A stretch of DNA of 64,000 bases from Nitrosopumilus sp. (lineage in GTDB: Archaea > Thermoproteota > Nitrososphaeria > Nitrososphaerales > Nitrosopumilaceae): NCBI GenBank assembly GCA_965249555.1, contig OZ252243.1, positions 1,472,001 to 1,536,000 of the forward strand. Reading direction: 5' to 3'. How positions within the stretch are numbered: position 1 is the stretch's first letter; every line of letters begins with the position of its first letter. This document shows positions 9,724-19,514 of this stretch, one piece after another. A program made the position numbers and the translations under genes. Under the pieces are notes generated by a model. The model made no database searches and was not told the origin of the DNA. It saw only the letters and a program-made list of their open reading frames with translations.

Positions 9724-12700
9724 CTAATCTCTCACATATTTGCTGTACAGAATTCGAGGTGAGCTATTCTCTTCTTCGTTTTGTTTTATTTGGTTTTGTA
9801 TCTTATAGTGCAGATACAACTGGCTAAGATGTTGTAGTAACTCCGAATCATGCATTTTACTTTTCTTAATTTTTAGTAATTCTTTGTTTAGTCTTCTCTT
9901 TAGAATGGGAATGGAATATGCCTTTCGCAGCGTTTCAATATCTTCTTTTTTATCCAAAAATTCTTTGATGCTATCCATTTTTATCAGTTTTTCAAGTACC
10001 CATCTCTGTGCCATACTTAATCGTACACTTGATTCCCTAGCTTGGATCTGTTCTGTGTCTTCAACAAATTTCTTCCAACCCACAGATACTAGTTTGTCAT
10101 AGTCTGAAGGAGTAGAATAAACAGCTTCGTCGTCTGATTCTAAAATTTCCAAGGCTTTTTGTATTCTTATCTCTTTGATCTCTTCTTTTGTATTAATCAT
10201 ATAGTATTTCCTTACTTTACCGCTTCGCTCAGTTCCACTTTCACATGCCAAAAGCAACTGACCGCCTGATTTTACATTATCTGAGCTTCTTATGCCGTTT
10301 GGAATTGTTCTTATCTCCTCCCAAAATTCTGGTTTGTTTACTTGTATATCTTGCAGGATTTTCTCAAATTTTGATGGCTCTAAGGGATTCACTTCTTCTC
10401 TATCTAGAATTGATTCATCACACTTGTAAATTGCATAAGTGTCTTTAGTATTGATTGATTCTTCTGGTTTGAGTATTTTATAGTCTTCTCCTATTATTTG
10501 ATGTATTTTATCAATTTTGGCATCAACATGCTCTTCAAGTTTAAAATCCTTTTTCATTTCTAGATCTAACAGAAAATTATGCACTATAACAAATTCATTC
10601 TGACTTCCAATTCTATCTACTCTTCCTGCTCTTTGAATTAACCTAGTTGGATTCCAGTGAAAATCATAATTAATTATAACCTCACCCGCTTGAAGGTTTA
10701 CTCCTTCAGATAATACATCAGTAGTAATCAATAAAGAAATTTGTTCAGATTTTTCCAGTTTTGATTCATTACTTGGATTATTGACAGGATCAAACCTTCT
10801 TGCACATTCTATAGCATTTCCAGTAACAGAATCTACCCGCTCTTTGATTCCATTCCATCGTACATAATCACTTAGATATTTTACAGTAGTGGCAAACTCT
10901 GAAAATATGAGAACTTTCTTTCCAGAATATTCGTTATCAAGTAGATCTTGTAGTATGCGCAACTTGTTATCTGTCTTCCATGTGAGTCTGTGAATTAAAC
11001 CATCAATTGTCTCAAATATCTCAATATCGTTTTGAATGTCTGAAGTTAATTTTTCAATGTCAAATGCCTCAAATTTGTATTTTGTCTCACCAGATTCCTG
11101 AATCTTTTTTCTAAATTCATCAATAGTTTCAGGATCGTTTATGGAATCCGGATCAGACTGTGCAATTTCATACATTTCCTTGTAAGACACATCTCCTATT
11201 GGGATAATCCCTTCATCTAATAATTTAAGAAAAATCTTATGACTGTCAATATAATGTCTGATGCTTTGTTTGAATGCTTCAAGACTACTTTCCATTCTTT
11301 TTAGCAATAATGTTCTGATTAATCCTATGAGTTTTTTCCCAGCAATTCCTAACTCTTTGTATAATTCGACATTTTTGTATTCATCTTTTAGATACAATCC
11401 CAAGCTATATCTGGCAAGAGTAAGAGTTTTTACATCTGGGTTTGATTCTGGCTTGGCAAGATAACCTACAATCGTCTTAAATTTTCTTTGATAGACTGCG
11501 TTAATATCATATCTCTCTATTCTCATTTTACGTTTAGGGAAATACTTGTTTTCACCCCCGACTTGCAGATATTTTCTGTCATTTTCGTCCACTTTGCCCC
11601 ATTGACTTAGAACATATCTTCGAGTTCGTCTAATCATGATGTTTCTGAGCAGATCCACCAAGCTAGCATCGCCATTTTTTATTTGTCCAAAGTATCTGTC
11701 AAGATCAGTCTCATTTGCAGGTGGGATAGATGTTTTTGATGTCTGATGAAATAACATTATCTGGTTTTTAATATCCATTTCTTTGTTGGAGTATGGGGTT
11801 GCAGTAAGTAGAATTGCTTTTGCATCTTGAGCCTGCATGAATTGATAGAGGTTTTCATACTGTCTTGAATCACTGTTTCTGAAATGATGACTCTCATCAA
11901 TTAGCACCAAATCCCTACTATTGTATCTGTAATCCTGATACAATTCAAAATTTTCCTGTGATAGCTTACCTCGTGATAAAATCTTTGCATCTACCTCATA
12001 ATCCTCACAGAATTTTTCCCACATGGGAATTAGTGGTGGTGGACAAATAATCAAAGGTCTGTACTCTTGCCGTTGTAAATATTTTAGCAATGCTATTCCA
12101 ACATATGTTTTTCCCAATCCTACAACATCGCCAATTATCACTCCTCCATACAACTCAAACATTGTAAGACCCTGATCAACTGCATTTCTCTGAAATGGAA
12201 ATAGTTTTGGAAATTTTTGTTTCCATATGGGATCAATCTCATGTTGTTCTTCCAGTTTGTCTTTATGTTCTAGATATGCAGCTTTTAGAAACAGGTCTTT
12301 AGAGGAGTAGATTTTTCCTGCCCATGAATTTGTTAATATTAAATTAAAATCTTCGGTGAACTCTAGTCCGTCTTTCCATAATTCATTAAACCAATTTAAA
12401 AGCTGGTTAACATCTGGAGAATTATATGTTTTGAGATTTAATTCGCTGTTTTGCGAGATGCCTGCAATCGATAGATTACTAGAACCCACAATGCCCATAC
12501 CTTGGGAAAAATCAGTATCTTTTGGCTGGAAGATGTAGGCCTTTGCATGGAGTTTCTCTTTTGGATATACCCGAACTTCTAGCTGTTTTGTTTTCATCAT
12601 TTCAATGAGTAACTCTACCACTGTTTTATCTTCACTAGTCTGACTCATGTGTTCTAAAGACTGTTTTATGTTGTCTTTAGAGTCCAAGATCACATTAGTT

Positions 12701-12984
12701 TTTCTATCCTCATTTACAAAATTTTTCTTATCAACTTCAGTTTGTACTTCCTTGATACTATGAAATCCTTCAATTAGAGCTTCGGCAGTTGTCTTGTCAG
12801 TGGTATTTGAGATTAGCAAACGAACCTTGTTTATGTCCTTTAGGGATTGAATTATTACAGATAATCCAGAAATGAAAAAATACCCTACTGCAATACTTGC
12901 ATTTTCAGTCTTTGGTAAAATCTTTAGCAGTTCATCTTTTAGAATTACCTCCTTGTTGTCAATTACATTATCTTCTCGAAGCAT
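9724..12984 (-). CDS. PLD-nuclease / SNF2-family helicase fusion
   Basis: LHAKAYIF + GSSNLS (PLD); GDVVGLGKT, DESHH, LTATP, SEGVNLQ, QRAGRVDR. Confidence 0.93.
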   Translation of the reverse strand: MLREDNVIDNKEVILKDELLKILPKTENASIAVGYFFISGLSVIIQSLKDINKVRLLISNTTDKTTAEALIEGFHSIKEVQTEVDKKNFVNEDRKTNVILDSKDNIKQSLEHMSQTSEDKTVVELLIEMMKTKQLEVRVYPKEKLHAKAYIFQPKDTDFSQGMGIVGSSNLSIAGISQNSELNLKTYNSPDVNQLLNWFNELWKDGLEFTEDFNLILTNSWAGKIYSSKDLFLKAAYLEHKDKLEEQHEIDPIWKQKFPKLFPFQRNAVDQGLTMFELYGGVIIGDVVGLGKTYVGIALLKYLQRQEYRPLIICPPPLIPMWEKFCEDYEVDAKILSRGKLSQENFELYQDYRYNSRDLVLIDESHHFRNSDSRQYENLYQFMQAQDAKAILLTATPYSNKEMDIKNQIMLFHQTSKTSIPPANETDLDRYFGQIKNGDASLVDLLRNIMIRRTRRYVLSQWGKVDENDRKYLQVGGENKYFPKRKMRIERYDINAVYQRKFKTIVGYLAKPESNPDVKTLTLARYSLGLYLKDEYKNVELYKELGIAGKKLIGLIRTLLLKRMESSLEAFKQSIRHYIDSHKIFLKLLDEGIIPIGDVSYKEMYEIAQSDPDSINDPETIDEFRKKIQESGETKYKFEAFDIEKLTSDIQNDIEIFETIDGLIHRLTWKTDNKLRILQDLLDNEYSGKKVLIFSEFATTVKYLSDYVRWNGIKERVDSVTGNAIECARRFDPVNNPSNESKLEKSEQISLLITTDVLSEGVNLQAGEVIINYDFHWNPTRLIQRAGRVDRIGSQNEFVIVHNFLLDLEMKKDFKLEEHVDAKIDKIHQIIGEDYKILKPEESINTKDTYAIYKCDESILDREEVNPLEPSKFEKILQDIQVNKPEFWEEIRTIPNGIRSSDNVKSGGQLLLACESGTERSGKVRKYYMINTKEEIKEIRIQKALEILESDDEAVYSTPSDYDKLVSVGWKKFVEDTEQIQARESSVRLSMAQRWVLEKLIKMDSIKEFLDKKEDIETLRKAYSIPILKRRLNKELLKIKKSKMHDSELLQHLSQLYLHYKIQNQIKQNEEENSSPRILYSKYVRD

Positions 12985-13144
12985 CTTAATTATGAAATGT
13001 TCCTAACCCTAAGATAAAGTTGACTAACACAATGTGATTTTTTTTGGATCAGTATTGAAAGACAACATAACTGTAGTTAGAAATAACATAGAATCGATAT
13101 TTTTCTTACATTTGTTGTGATATAGTCATTCTAAAAATCATAAT

Positions 13145-14059
13145 GTGATTATGTATATGTTAGATAATGGCAAACAAAACACTAGAACACTATTAGCGTA
13201 TATGTCAATATTGAGCATGAAATCAAAGTCAACTCAAAAATTATTCCAGTGTACAATAAACAACATAGAAACCTTTGGTAAGATAGATGTCAAAAACATA
13301 TCAATATATGATGAAGATAATATCTATGATATTCTTCAAGAATGGATAATCTGGAACAGTAAACGTGGGATAACTGCTTCAAGTATAATGTGTTATTTTA
13401 ACAACCTCAGGTCCTATCTTTGGTATCGCAGAATAAAGCTTGATTGTAGAGAGATAAAACATAATCTAAGATTTCCACAAACATTGCACGAATATGAAAT
13501 TCCAATAACTGTAGGTGCAATAGGGAAAATTCTTCGTGTGTCAGAATTGGAATTTCGATTTCAACTCTTGGCTTTGATATCAAGTGGAATGAGAGTAAGT
13601 GAACTAGGGCAGATAAGACTAGCACATCTCGATCTTACACGTACAAATGTAATGGTACTACTTCCTGCTAAAATAACAAAAACAGGCAGATCACGTATAA
13701 CATTTTTTTCAAAACAAGTTTCAGATATGATACGTTACAGAATTAAAATTCATAAATCCGATTTTATATTCTGTGGAAATAGAACACGAGAGCAAGCCCT
13801 CAATCTTGTTCTAAAACGTTTTGCAGCTGCAAGAAAAAAAGCTGACCTGATGGAAAAATACAGTCACTGTAAACAAAACAGATACAGAATTCATGTTCAT
13901 AGTATGAGATCATACTTTATAACAAAGGCAAACAACATACAGTTTGGATTGGGTCATATTCTTGCAGGGCATAATTTTTACATGAAGGAATATAACAAGT
14001 ACACTGTTGACGAATTACTTTCCATGTACAAAAAATTTGAAAAGGATGTAACATTTTAA
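13145..14059 (+). CDS. Tyrosine recombinase/integrase (candidate invertase)
   Basis: SGMRVSE (R), ITKTG (K), HSMR (HxxR), LAGH (H), MKEY (Y); true start may be a downstream ATG. Confidence 0.9.
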   Translation: MIMYMLDNGKQNTRTLLAYMSILSMKSKSTQKLFQCTINNIETFGKIDVKNISIYDEDNIYDILQEWIIWNSKRGITASSIMCYFNNLRSYLWYRRIKLDCREIKHNLRFPQTLHEYEIPITVGAIGKILRVSELEFRFQLLALISSGMRVSELGQIRLAHLDLTRTNVMVLLPAKITKTGRSRITFFSKQVSDMIRYRIKIHKSDFIFCGNRTREQALNLVLKRFAAARKKADLMEKYSHCKQNRYRIHVHSMRSYFITKANNIQFGLGHILAGHNFYMKEYNKYTVDELLSMYKKFEKDVTF

Positions 14060-14153
14060 AAAATATAGATATAATTGCCAAAATTTCGAAATTATTTTTT
14101 ACTTTTCTAGTATCTTGTCTTTAAGAAATCAAATTGCTGTAATCTAATTTTGT

Positions 14154-15230
14154 TCACAATATGTTTTCTAAATCTTCTTTTGTTGTTTCACTATCTTCAT
14201 CTGTTATTTCAACAGAGCCTTTGGGTTCTATCATATATGCTAAAGAATTCTCATCACAATCATACAGGGCTAAAATATCCGAGTCTTTAACACTTGATGT
14301 CATATGTTCTCTCTCTGATAAATTAGTTTTCATATGAGAATCACAATTCCAAGGGCAATTGGCAACAAATACCAGTGTGTATCTAGCACGTATGGAATAA
14401 TTGTTAGTCAATTGTGGAAGTAATAACGATCCGCCAATTACAAATAATCCGATTTCTATTTGTTTGGTAAATATTCCAACATCTGGAGGATCGCCCAAAA
14501 AAACAATGTATTTGAGTGCAACAATTACAGAAGACAGACCAGCAAGTGCAAAAAGACCTATCTTTGTGGGTGCAGTAGAAGTACGTGTGGGTTTAAAGGA
14601 ATACGAAATCTCAAAACTCTCCTCAATATCGGATATTATTCGAAATAAATTAGAGTTGTAGGTTCTGAATTTTTGTACGTACTCTGGCTGTTGATAACTC
14701 TGCTTTATTTTACCATCCTTGATGAAACCATATCGTGTTTGAGCAAAATCAAAGTCATTAGGTGTAAACAAAGTATAATACAAAGGATAGGGTTGTTTTT
14801 TAATTTTCATTTTCAAAACAGATCTTGGCGGATCTATATGATGTGGAGAATAGTTTAGAGTAAATGTTCTAACCTCATTTTTATACAATGATTTATTTTT
14901 TGGAATCTTAATCCATATCATGTGTAATTCCTCCGCATTTATTTTTGAATTAAAATGCTCTAGTTTTTCTTGTGTTTCATTGGAACTTTTTTCAATAAAA
15001 TGATTAATCAATTTTTTAACATCCCTTGTTGTCATAACAGGTAAAATGGAATCATCCTCATCTCGAACCAATAAGTTTAGCAAGAATTTATCTGACAGAA
15101 TTATGATGTTTGTCAATTCTTTTCTTTTTGATTTTATGGTATATTCGCTTACTATGCTTCGCTGTTCTTTATGATCATGTGAAATAAACAATCGTTGTCT
15201 TAGAATCTCTATCATAGAAGTAACTTGCAT
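14154..15230 (-). CDS. Hypothetical membrane protein, probably two genes fused by a frameshift
   Basis: C-terminal TM helices; another TM helix continues in a different frame near 14330-14375. Confidence 0.6.
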   Translation of the reverse strand: MQVTSMIEILRQRLFISHDHKEQRSIVSEYTIKSKRKELTNIIILSDKFLLNLLVRDEDDSILPVMTTRDVKKLINHFIEKSSNETQEKLEHFNSKINAEELHMIWIKIPKNKSLYKNEVRTFTLNYSPHHIDPPRSVLKMKIKKQPYPLYYTLFTPNDFDFAQTRYGFIKDGKIKQSYQQPEYVQKFRTYNSNLFRIISDIEESFEISYSFKPTRTSTAPTKIGLFALAGLSSVIVALKYIVFLGDPPDVGIFTKQIEIGLFVIGGSLLLPQLTNNYSIRARYTLVFVANCPWNCDSHMKTNLSEREHMTSSVKDSDILALYDCDENSLAYMIEPKGSVEITDEDSETTKEDLENIL

Positions 15231-15460
15231 CTAAAAACAACAAGTAAACATATCATTTTATCTGACAAGGTTTAGAAAAAACATTTTTTACTCCAAAACA
15301 TTGAACACCAAAAAATATTGTTAGAATTCAGAAATAATCTCTTGTCTTACAGATCGCTTGTTCTAATCAGAATACATCAGACAATCATAAAGCATTTAAA
15401 AATTCTTCGAGTATTTTTTTGCAAATTTTTAGAATTGTTTATTGAATCTTCAAACTGGCA

Positions 15461-15650
15461 GATTTTGTCACAAAAATCGGCGAGAACAGCCTCGACTTTT
15501 ATTCCGATGAGAGATGGCAACAGGTTAAGGAAACTGCCTCAGAGCATTCGTTCTTCCATTGGGACTTGGAGTTTCCTGACATCTTTTATGATGAAAATGG
15601 GAAACGGAAGAAAAATCCTGGATTTGATGCTGTGGTTGGGAATCCGCCTT
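15461..15650 (+). repeat. 190-bp inverted repeat, copy 2
   Basis: Exact reverse complement of 7753-7942. Confidence 0.97.
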
Positions 15651-16942
15651 ATAACAAAGAGATGAACAATAAAGTAATTTTTAAACCTATCAAGAGATCT
15701 CTTTATAAAAAATATCATCAAGGAAAAATGGATTATTGGTATTTCTTTATACATAGGGCCATAGATCTAACTAAAAACGAGGGAAGGTTCGGATACATTA
15801 CAAACAGTTATTGGATTAAATCAAAGGGCTCATCAAAATTGATTCAACGTATCAAAGAAAACCTAATTCTCACAAAATGTATTGATTTTGGTGGAATAAA
15901 AGTATTCAAAGAAGTAAATGACAAACATATGCTTCATTTCTATCTAAAAAAGAATTTTTCAAAAACAGATAAAACAACATATGTTTTATTAAACAAAGAA
16001 AATTTTAACGAACAAATAATAGAAGAATCACCTATTATCAAACCATTTCATGATGTAATAGATGATGATAATTTAGATTTTTCAAAAAATATAGGAATCA
16101 TTTTTACTAATTGTGATGAGTTAGCTATTTTTTATAATGTTAGTGTAGGAGTTCAAGAATCCCCTGATAAAATCAGTAAGAAAGCATTAGAAAAAAATAC
16201 AGACATTGGAATCAAAAAAGGCATGGGTGTATTTGTTATATCAAAATCAGAACTAGAACTATTACATCTAAGTAACAATGAAAGAAAAATAATTAAAAAA
16301 TACTTAGATCCTCACGATGTTGGCAAGTATTTTATAAAATTTAATGAACAGTATCTTATTTATTCAAATAGACTTACTAAAACAAAAATATCCAATGGTG
16401 ATTTTCCTAGTTTAAAAAAGCATTTAGATAAATTTGAAAAATTTATTACTTCTTCAAACAAGCCGTATGGAATTCATCGATTTAGAGAACAGAGATTTTT
16501 TGAAGACCCTAAACTGTTATGTAAATCTATGTTTAACATACCACAATTTTGCTATGATGACCAAAAACACTATGTAGGATTTTCATTTTCGTCAATAATT
16601 AATAAAAACCCAGATTATGATCTCAAATATTTATTGGGTCTACTAAATTCAACGTTAGCAAATTATTGGTTTCATAAAAAAGGTAAAAAAAGAGGCGGTG
16701 GATTAGATATTCTTGTTTATACTTATAGAAAATTTCCAGTATTCAAAGCTACATTTGGACAACAGAAAAAAATTGTGGATATGGTTAATAAATTACTAGA
16801 ATTAAACAAAAATCCATTAGATGGCATAAGAGAAGAAAACAAAAAAATTATGGAAAATTTAGATCAGTTTATTTTTAAAATGTATGAATTAAAACCAATA
16901 CATATAGCATACATTAAAAAGAATTTTAGTTCCATAATATAA
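15461..16942 (+). CDS. Silent alternative C-terminal cassette of the MTase (motif IV NPPY plus different TRD; allele B)
   Basis: Open frame from the repeat to 16942; in-frame TGA at 15443; lacks motif I; GNPPY, DYWYFFI, TaqI_C-like LKYLLGLLNS. Confidence 0.88.
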   Translation, partial: DFVTKIGENSLDFYSDERWQQVKETASEHSFFHWDLEFPDIFYDENGKRKKNPGFDAVVGNPPYNKEMNNKVIFKPIKRSLYKKYHQGKMDYWYFFIHRAIDLTKNEGRFGYITNSYWIKSKGSSKLIQRIKENLILTKCIDFGGIKVFKEVNDKHMLHFYLKKNFSKTDKTTYVLLNKENFNEQIIEESPIIKPFHDVIDDDNLDFSKNIGIIFTNCDELAIFYNVSVGVQESPDKISKKALEKNTDIGIKKGMGVFVISKSELELLHLSNNERKIIKKYLDPHDVGKYFIKFNEQYLIYSNRLTKTKISNGDFPSLKKHLDKFEKFITSSNKPYGIHRFREQRFFEDPKLLCKSMFNIPQFCYDDQKHYVGFSFSSIINKNPDYDLKYLLGLLNSTLANYWFHKKGKKRGGGLDILVYTYRKFPVFKATFGQQKKIVDMVNKLLELNKNPLDGIREENKKIMENLDQFIFKMYELKPIHIAYIKKNFSSII

Positions 16943-16954
16943 GTAATATGAAAA

Positions 16955-18328
16955 TTAAACAATTCTAACATCTGTGAATTTTACATAATCTCTTTTAATT
17001 ATATCCCAATACTCAAAATCAAAATTCAACATAGCCAAAAAGATCCTAGTAAGCAGTACAAAAATTCCCTTGTATGCTCTAAACAATATACTATCATCAT
17101 TTTCAACTGTTTTAACACGTCCCATATGCGTAATTTTGTTTCGAATTTTAATTATTTCTTCAAGGGTTATCTCAAGATCATCATATTTTATTTCCCAGTG
17201 TTCTAGCAACATTTTAGCTTTGTTACGATACGATCTTCTTTGCATCGCATCAATTCCATTATACATTAGACTTTGTGTTTTATCATCAACATTCATTTCA
17301 ATAAGAATTTGCTTCATTTGATTTTTAATTTTTTTCCTAAATTTTTCAAATTTGTCATCTGAGATTAAGAATTCTGTGTTATTGTCGAAATGAAATTTTT
17401 CTAAAAGAAGTTCTAAAGATGTTGTAGCACACAGAAATCTAGTTTCTAGGTTTCCAGAATTCCATGAATCTACATACCATTCTAGCGCATATGAAAAACC
17501 GTGTTTTTTATCGATCTTTTTAGAATATCCTTTTAACACAGATTTTAGGAAATAAGCAATACTGATTTTATCTGTTAAGCCAAAATTACCAGGTTGTTTT
17601 ATTTTAGTATGGATAATCTCAAAGAAAATCCTTGGCATTTGTTCATTGCATTTTATTTCATAAGCAGATACTGCCACTACACTATGCCAAGATGTCTGTG
17701 CAAGGCTTGTTAATTTTAAAAAATTAGCAATGAATTCTCTTGCCATCGTTATTGTTTCTTGAGTTGTTGTTACCTTATCTTTTGGAATGTGTAAAGATAT
17801 TACGGAAGTAATTAGCGGTGTATTATATTCCTTCATCATAGACTCTAGTTTCTCAATATCTCTGAAATGGTTAATTCTGAGTTCACCTATTTCAGTATCT
17901 AAAATAACTCTAAAAGTTGAGAACATATTGGTAACATAAAATTTAATTTGAATTCCTTTGGAATCTCTACTAATTTCTCTATATGGAAACTCTAGTTTCC
18001 CTATAGAAATTTTTGCTTTTACTGAAATTACTTTGTTCCATTTTTCATGTATTCCAGTAATAAAACATTCTTTTGCTGCAACATTCTCTCCTTCCTTATT
18101 GATCCCTCTAATTTTGAAATGTTCTGATCTTCTAAGATATTCTAATAATTTAGGGTTCTTAATATTTATAAATTCTAACTCGCCAGTGGTAATTCCATTC
18201 TGATTAAGCTTTATCCAAAACTTTACATTATTTTCAAAACCATCCTCACAAATTATTTTACCTTCTCCTAAAGTTTCAAAAATAGGTTTTAAAATTTCTT
18301 TATCTATTTTTTTATTTTTCTTTGACAT
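16955..18328 (-). CDS. ApeA-like HEPN-domain protein (putative antiviral RNase)
   Basis: 457 aa; C-terminal F...TSLE and RNKITH (RxxxxH) HEPN motif. Confidence 0.7.
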   Translation of the reverse strand: MSKKNKKIDKEILKPIFETLGEGKIICEDGFENNVKFWIKLNQNGITTGELEFINIKNPKLLEYLRRSEHFKIRGINKEGENVAAKECFITGIHEKWNKVISVKAKISIGKLEFPYREISRDSKGIQIKFYVTNMFSTFRVILDTEIGELRINHFRDIEKLESMMKEYNTPLITSVISLHIPKDKVTTTQETITMAREFIANFLKLTSLAQTSWHSVVAVSAYEIKCNEQMPRIFFEIIHTKIKQPGNFGLTDKISIAYFLKSVLKGYSKKIDKKHGFSYALEWYVDSWNSGNLETRFLCATTSLELLLEKFHFDNNTEFLISDDKFEKFRKKIKNQMKQILIEMNVDDKTQSLMYNGIDAMQRRSYRNKAKMLLEHWEIKYDDLEITLEEIIKIRNKITHMGRVKTVENDDSILFRAYKGIFVLLTRIFLAMLNFDFEYWDIIKRDYVKFTDVRIV

Positions 18329-19214
18329 GATATTAAATTAGTCTTCAATGAAATAAACTTAATCAAATCACGAGCCAATATCAAAGAAAATAGTATATCC
18401 CATTATTTTTAGAATCTAGAAAGTACAGATGTAAGAAACATAGAATGTTATTCAAAAAGATAGTTTCTTCCAACTCCAACATAGCGAATTTTTGACAGGT
18501 TTGAAATAACAGTATATCTACAATCTGACATATGATGAGATGTGAGAAAAACTATTGCCAGATATTTGATAATGTGATAGTGAATCTGTTTTAGCTCTTA
18601 ATTCTTGGCGCCAGATAATACTCGGCCCTTGCCATGGACTCCATCTCAAAGAGAAGATGCATTGGCGTCTGTGTCCCATATTCCATGTTGACATTCTTGC
18701 TTGCTTTGCTAATATTGCGGATAATTTTTGCCTGGCATAAGGGCGGAAAAACAATAGAGGAAAACTGCCAGATGCTTTGTGCAAAGGATAACGCCACCAA
18801 GTCAGGAAAATGACCTCAATCCTTAGAAGATCGTGTTTTGTGTCTATATCCCCAAGATTACACAGAACCTGTTTTCAAGCAAATTCTGTCCACTGTTAAT
18901 GAAGTTGCAATTGACAAATATTCGTGTACGTTCATTATGAATAACCTAGTATAATATAGTAAAACTACCTAAAAAGCAATAGTAGAAATTCTATTTATCC
19001 GTAATTCTATTTATTGGCCAATGCAGCATTTTGAATCCAGGCATCAAAAAGCATACTCCGTAAATAAACAACGGTAGTCCTATTATGAAATACACAGTTA
19101 AAGGATTCACATGGATACCAGAACCACCGAAGATAGTTAACTAGTTGTGACCATTGTAAAAATCTGGGCATAAAACGTATTTGTTTTGGTAAAATAAAAT
19201 ACCAAACATCGTAA

Positions 19215-19227
19215 ATTAAACTGTTTT
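19215..19227 (+). repeat. Right boundary direct repeat of island 1
   Basis: ATTAAACTGTTTT, identical to 1115-1127. Confidence 0.55.
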
Positions 19228-19250
19228 AACTATTTCAAACAATATACATT

Positions 19251-19514
19251 ATGAATGAAATGATTCTCAAGAAGATAGAGCAAAAAATTCAAGATACAAT
19301 TTCAAACAAGGACGAAATTAGGCAATTAGTTCAATCACTCTCAAACATTGATGATTCAAAATCATTTGCTTTAGGTATTATCGTAGGCAGAATTTACAAC
19401 GCATTTTACTATCAATCCAAACGAATTCTTAATCGAGAACCAACTAAAGAGGAATTCCAAGAATTTTTAGAATTTATCAAAACCAAGAAATCTAATTTAG
19501 AAAATCTATGGTGA
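19251..19514 (+). CDS. Conserved thaumarchaeal hypothetical protein
   Basis: 87-aa ORF, GRIYNAFYYQ..RIL.REPT. Confidence 0.75.
   Translation: MNEMILKKIEQKIQDTISNKDEIRQLVQSLSNIDDSKSFALGIIVGRIYNAFYYQSKRILNREPTKEEFQEFLEFIKTKKSNLENLW

Noticed and set aside
6260-12984. Complete BREX or DISARM system
   Set aside because: No pglZ/brxC or drmA/drmB genes in the window
15318-15665. ORFs 15318-15665 (+) and 7741-7944 (-) as a duplicated small gene
   Set aside because: They are off-frame translations of the 190-bp repeat; the real frame is the MTase
15566-16942. Independent methyltransferase starting at TTG 15566
   Set aside because: Lacks SAM-binding motif I and the start lies inside the repeat; better explained as a silent cassette
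6260-16942. Diversity-generating retroelement (TR/VR pair)
   Set aside because: The repeats are identical with no adenine-specific mismatches, and there is no reverse transcriptase
18518-19200. Short overlapping ORFs at the end of island 1
   Set aside because: No recognisable motifs; probably decayed fragments
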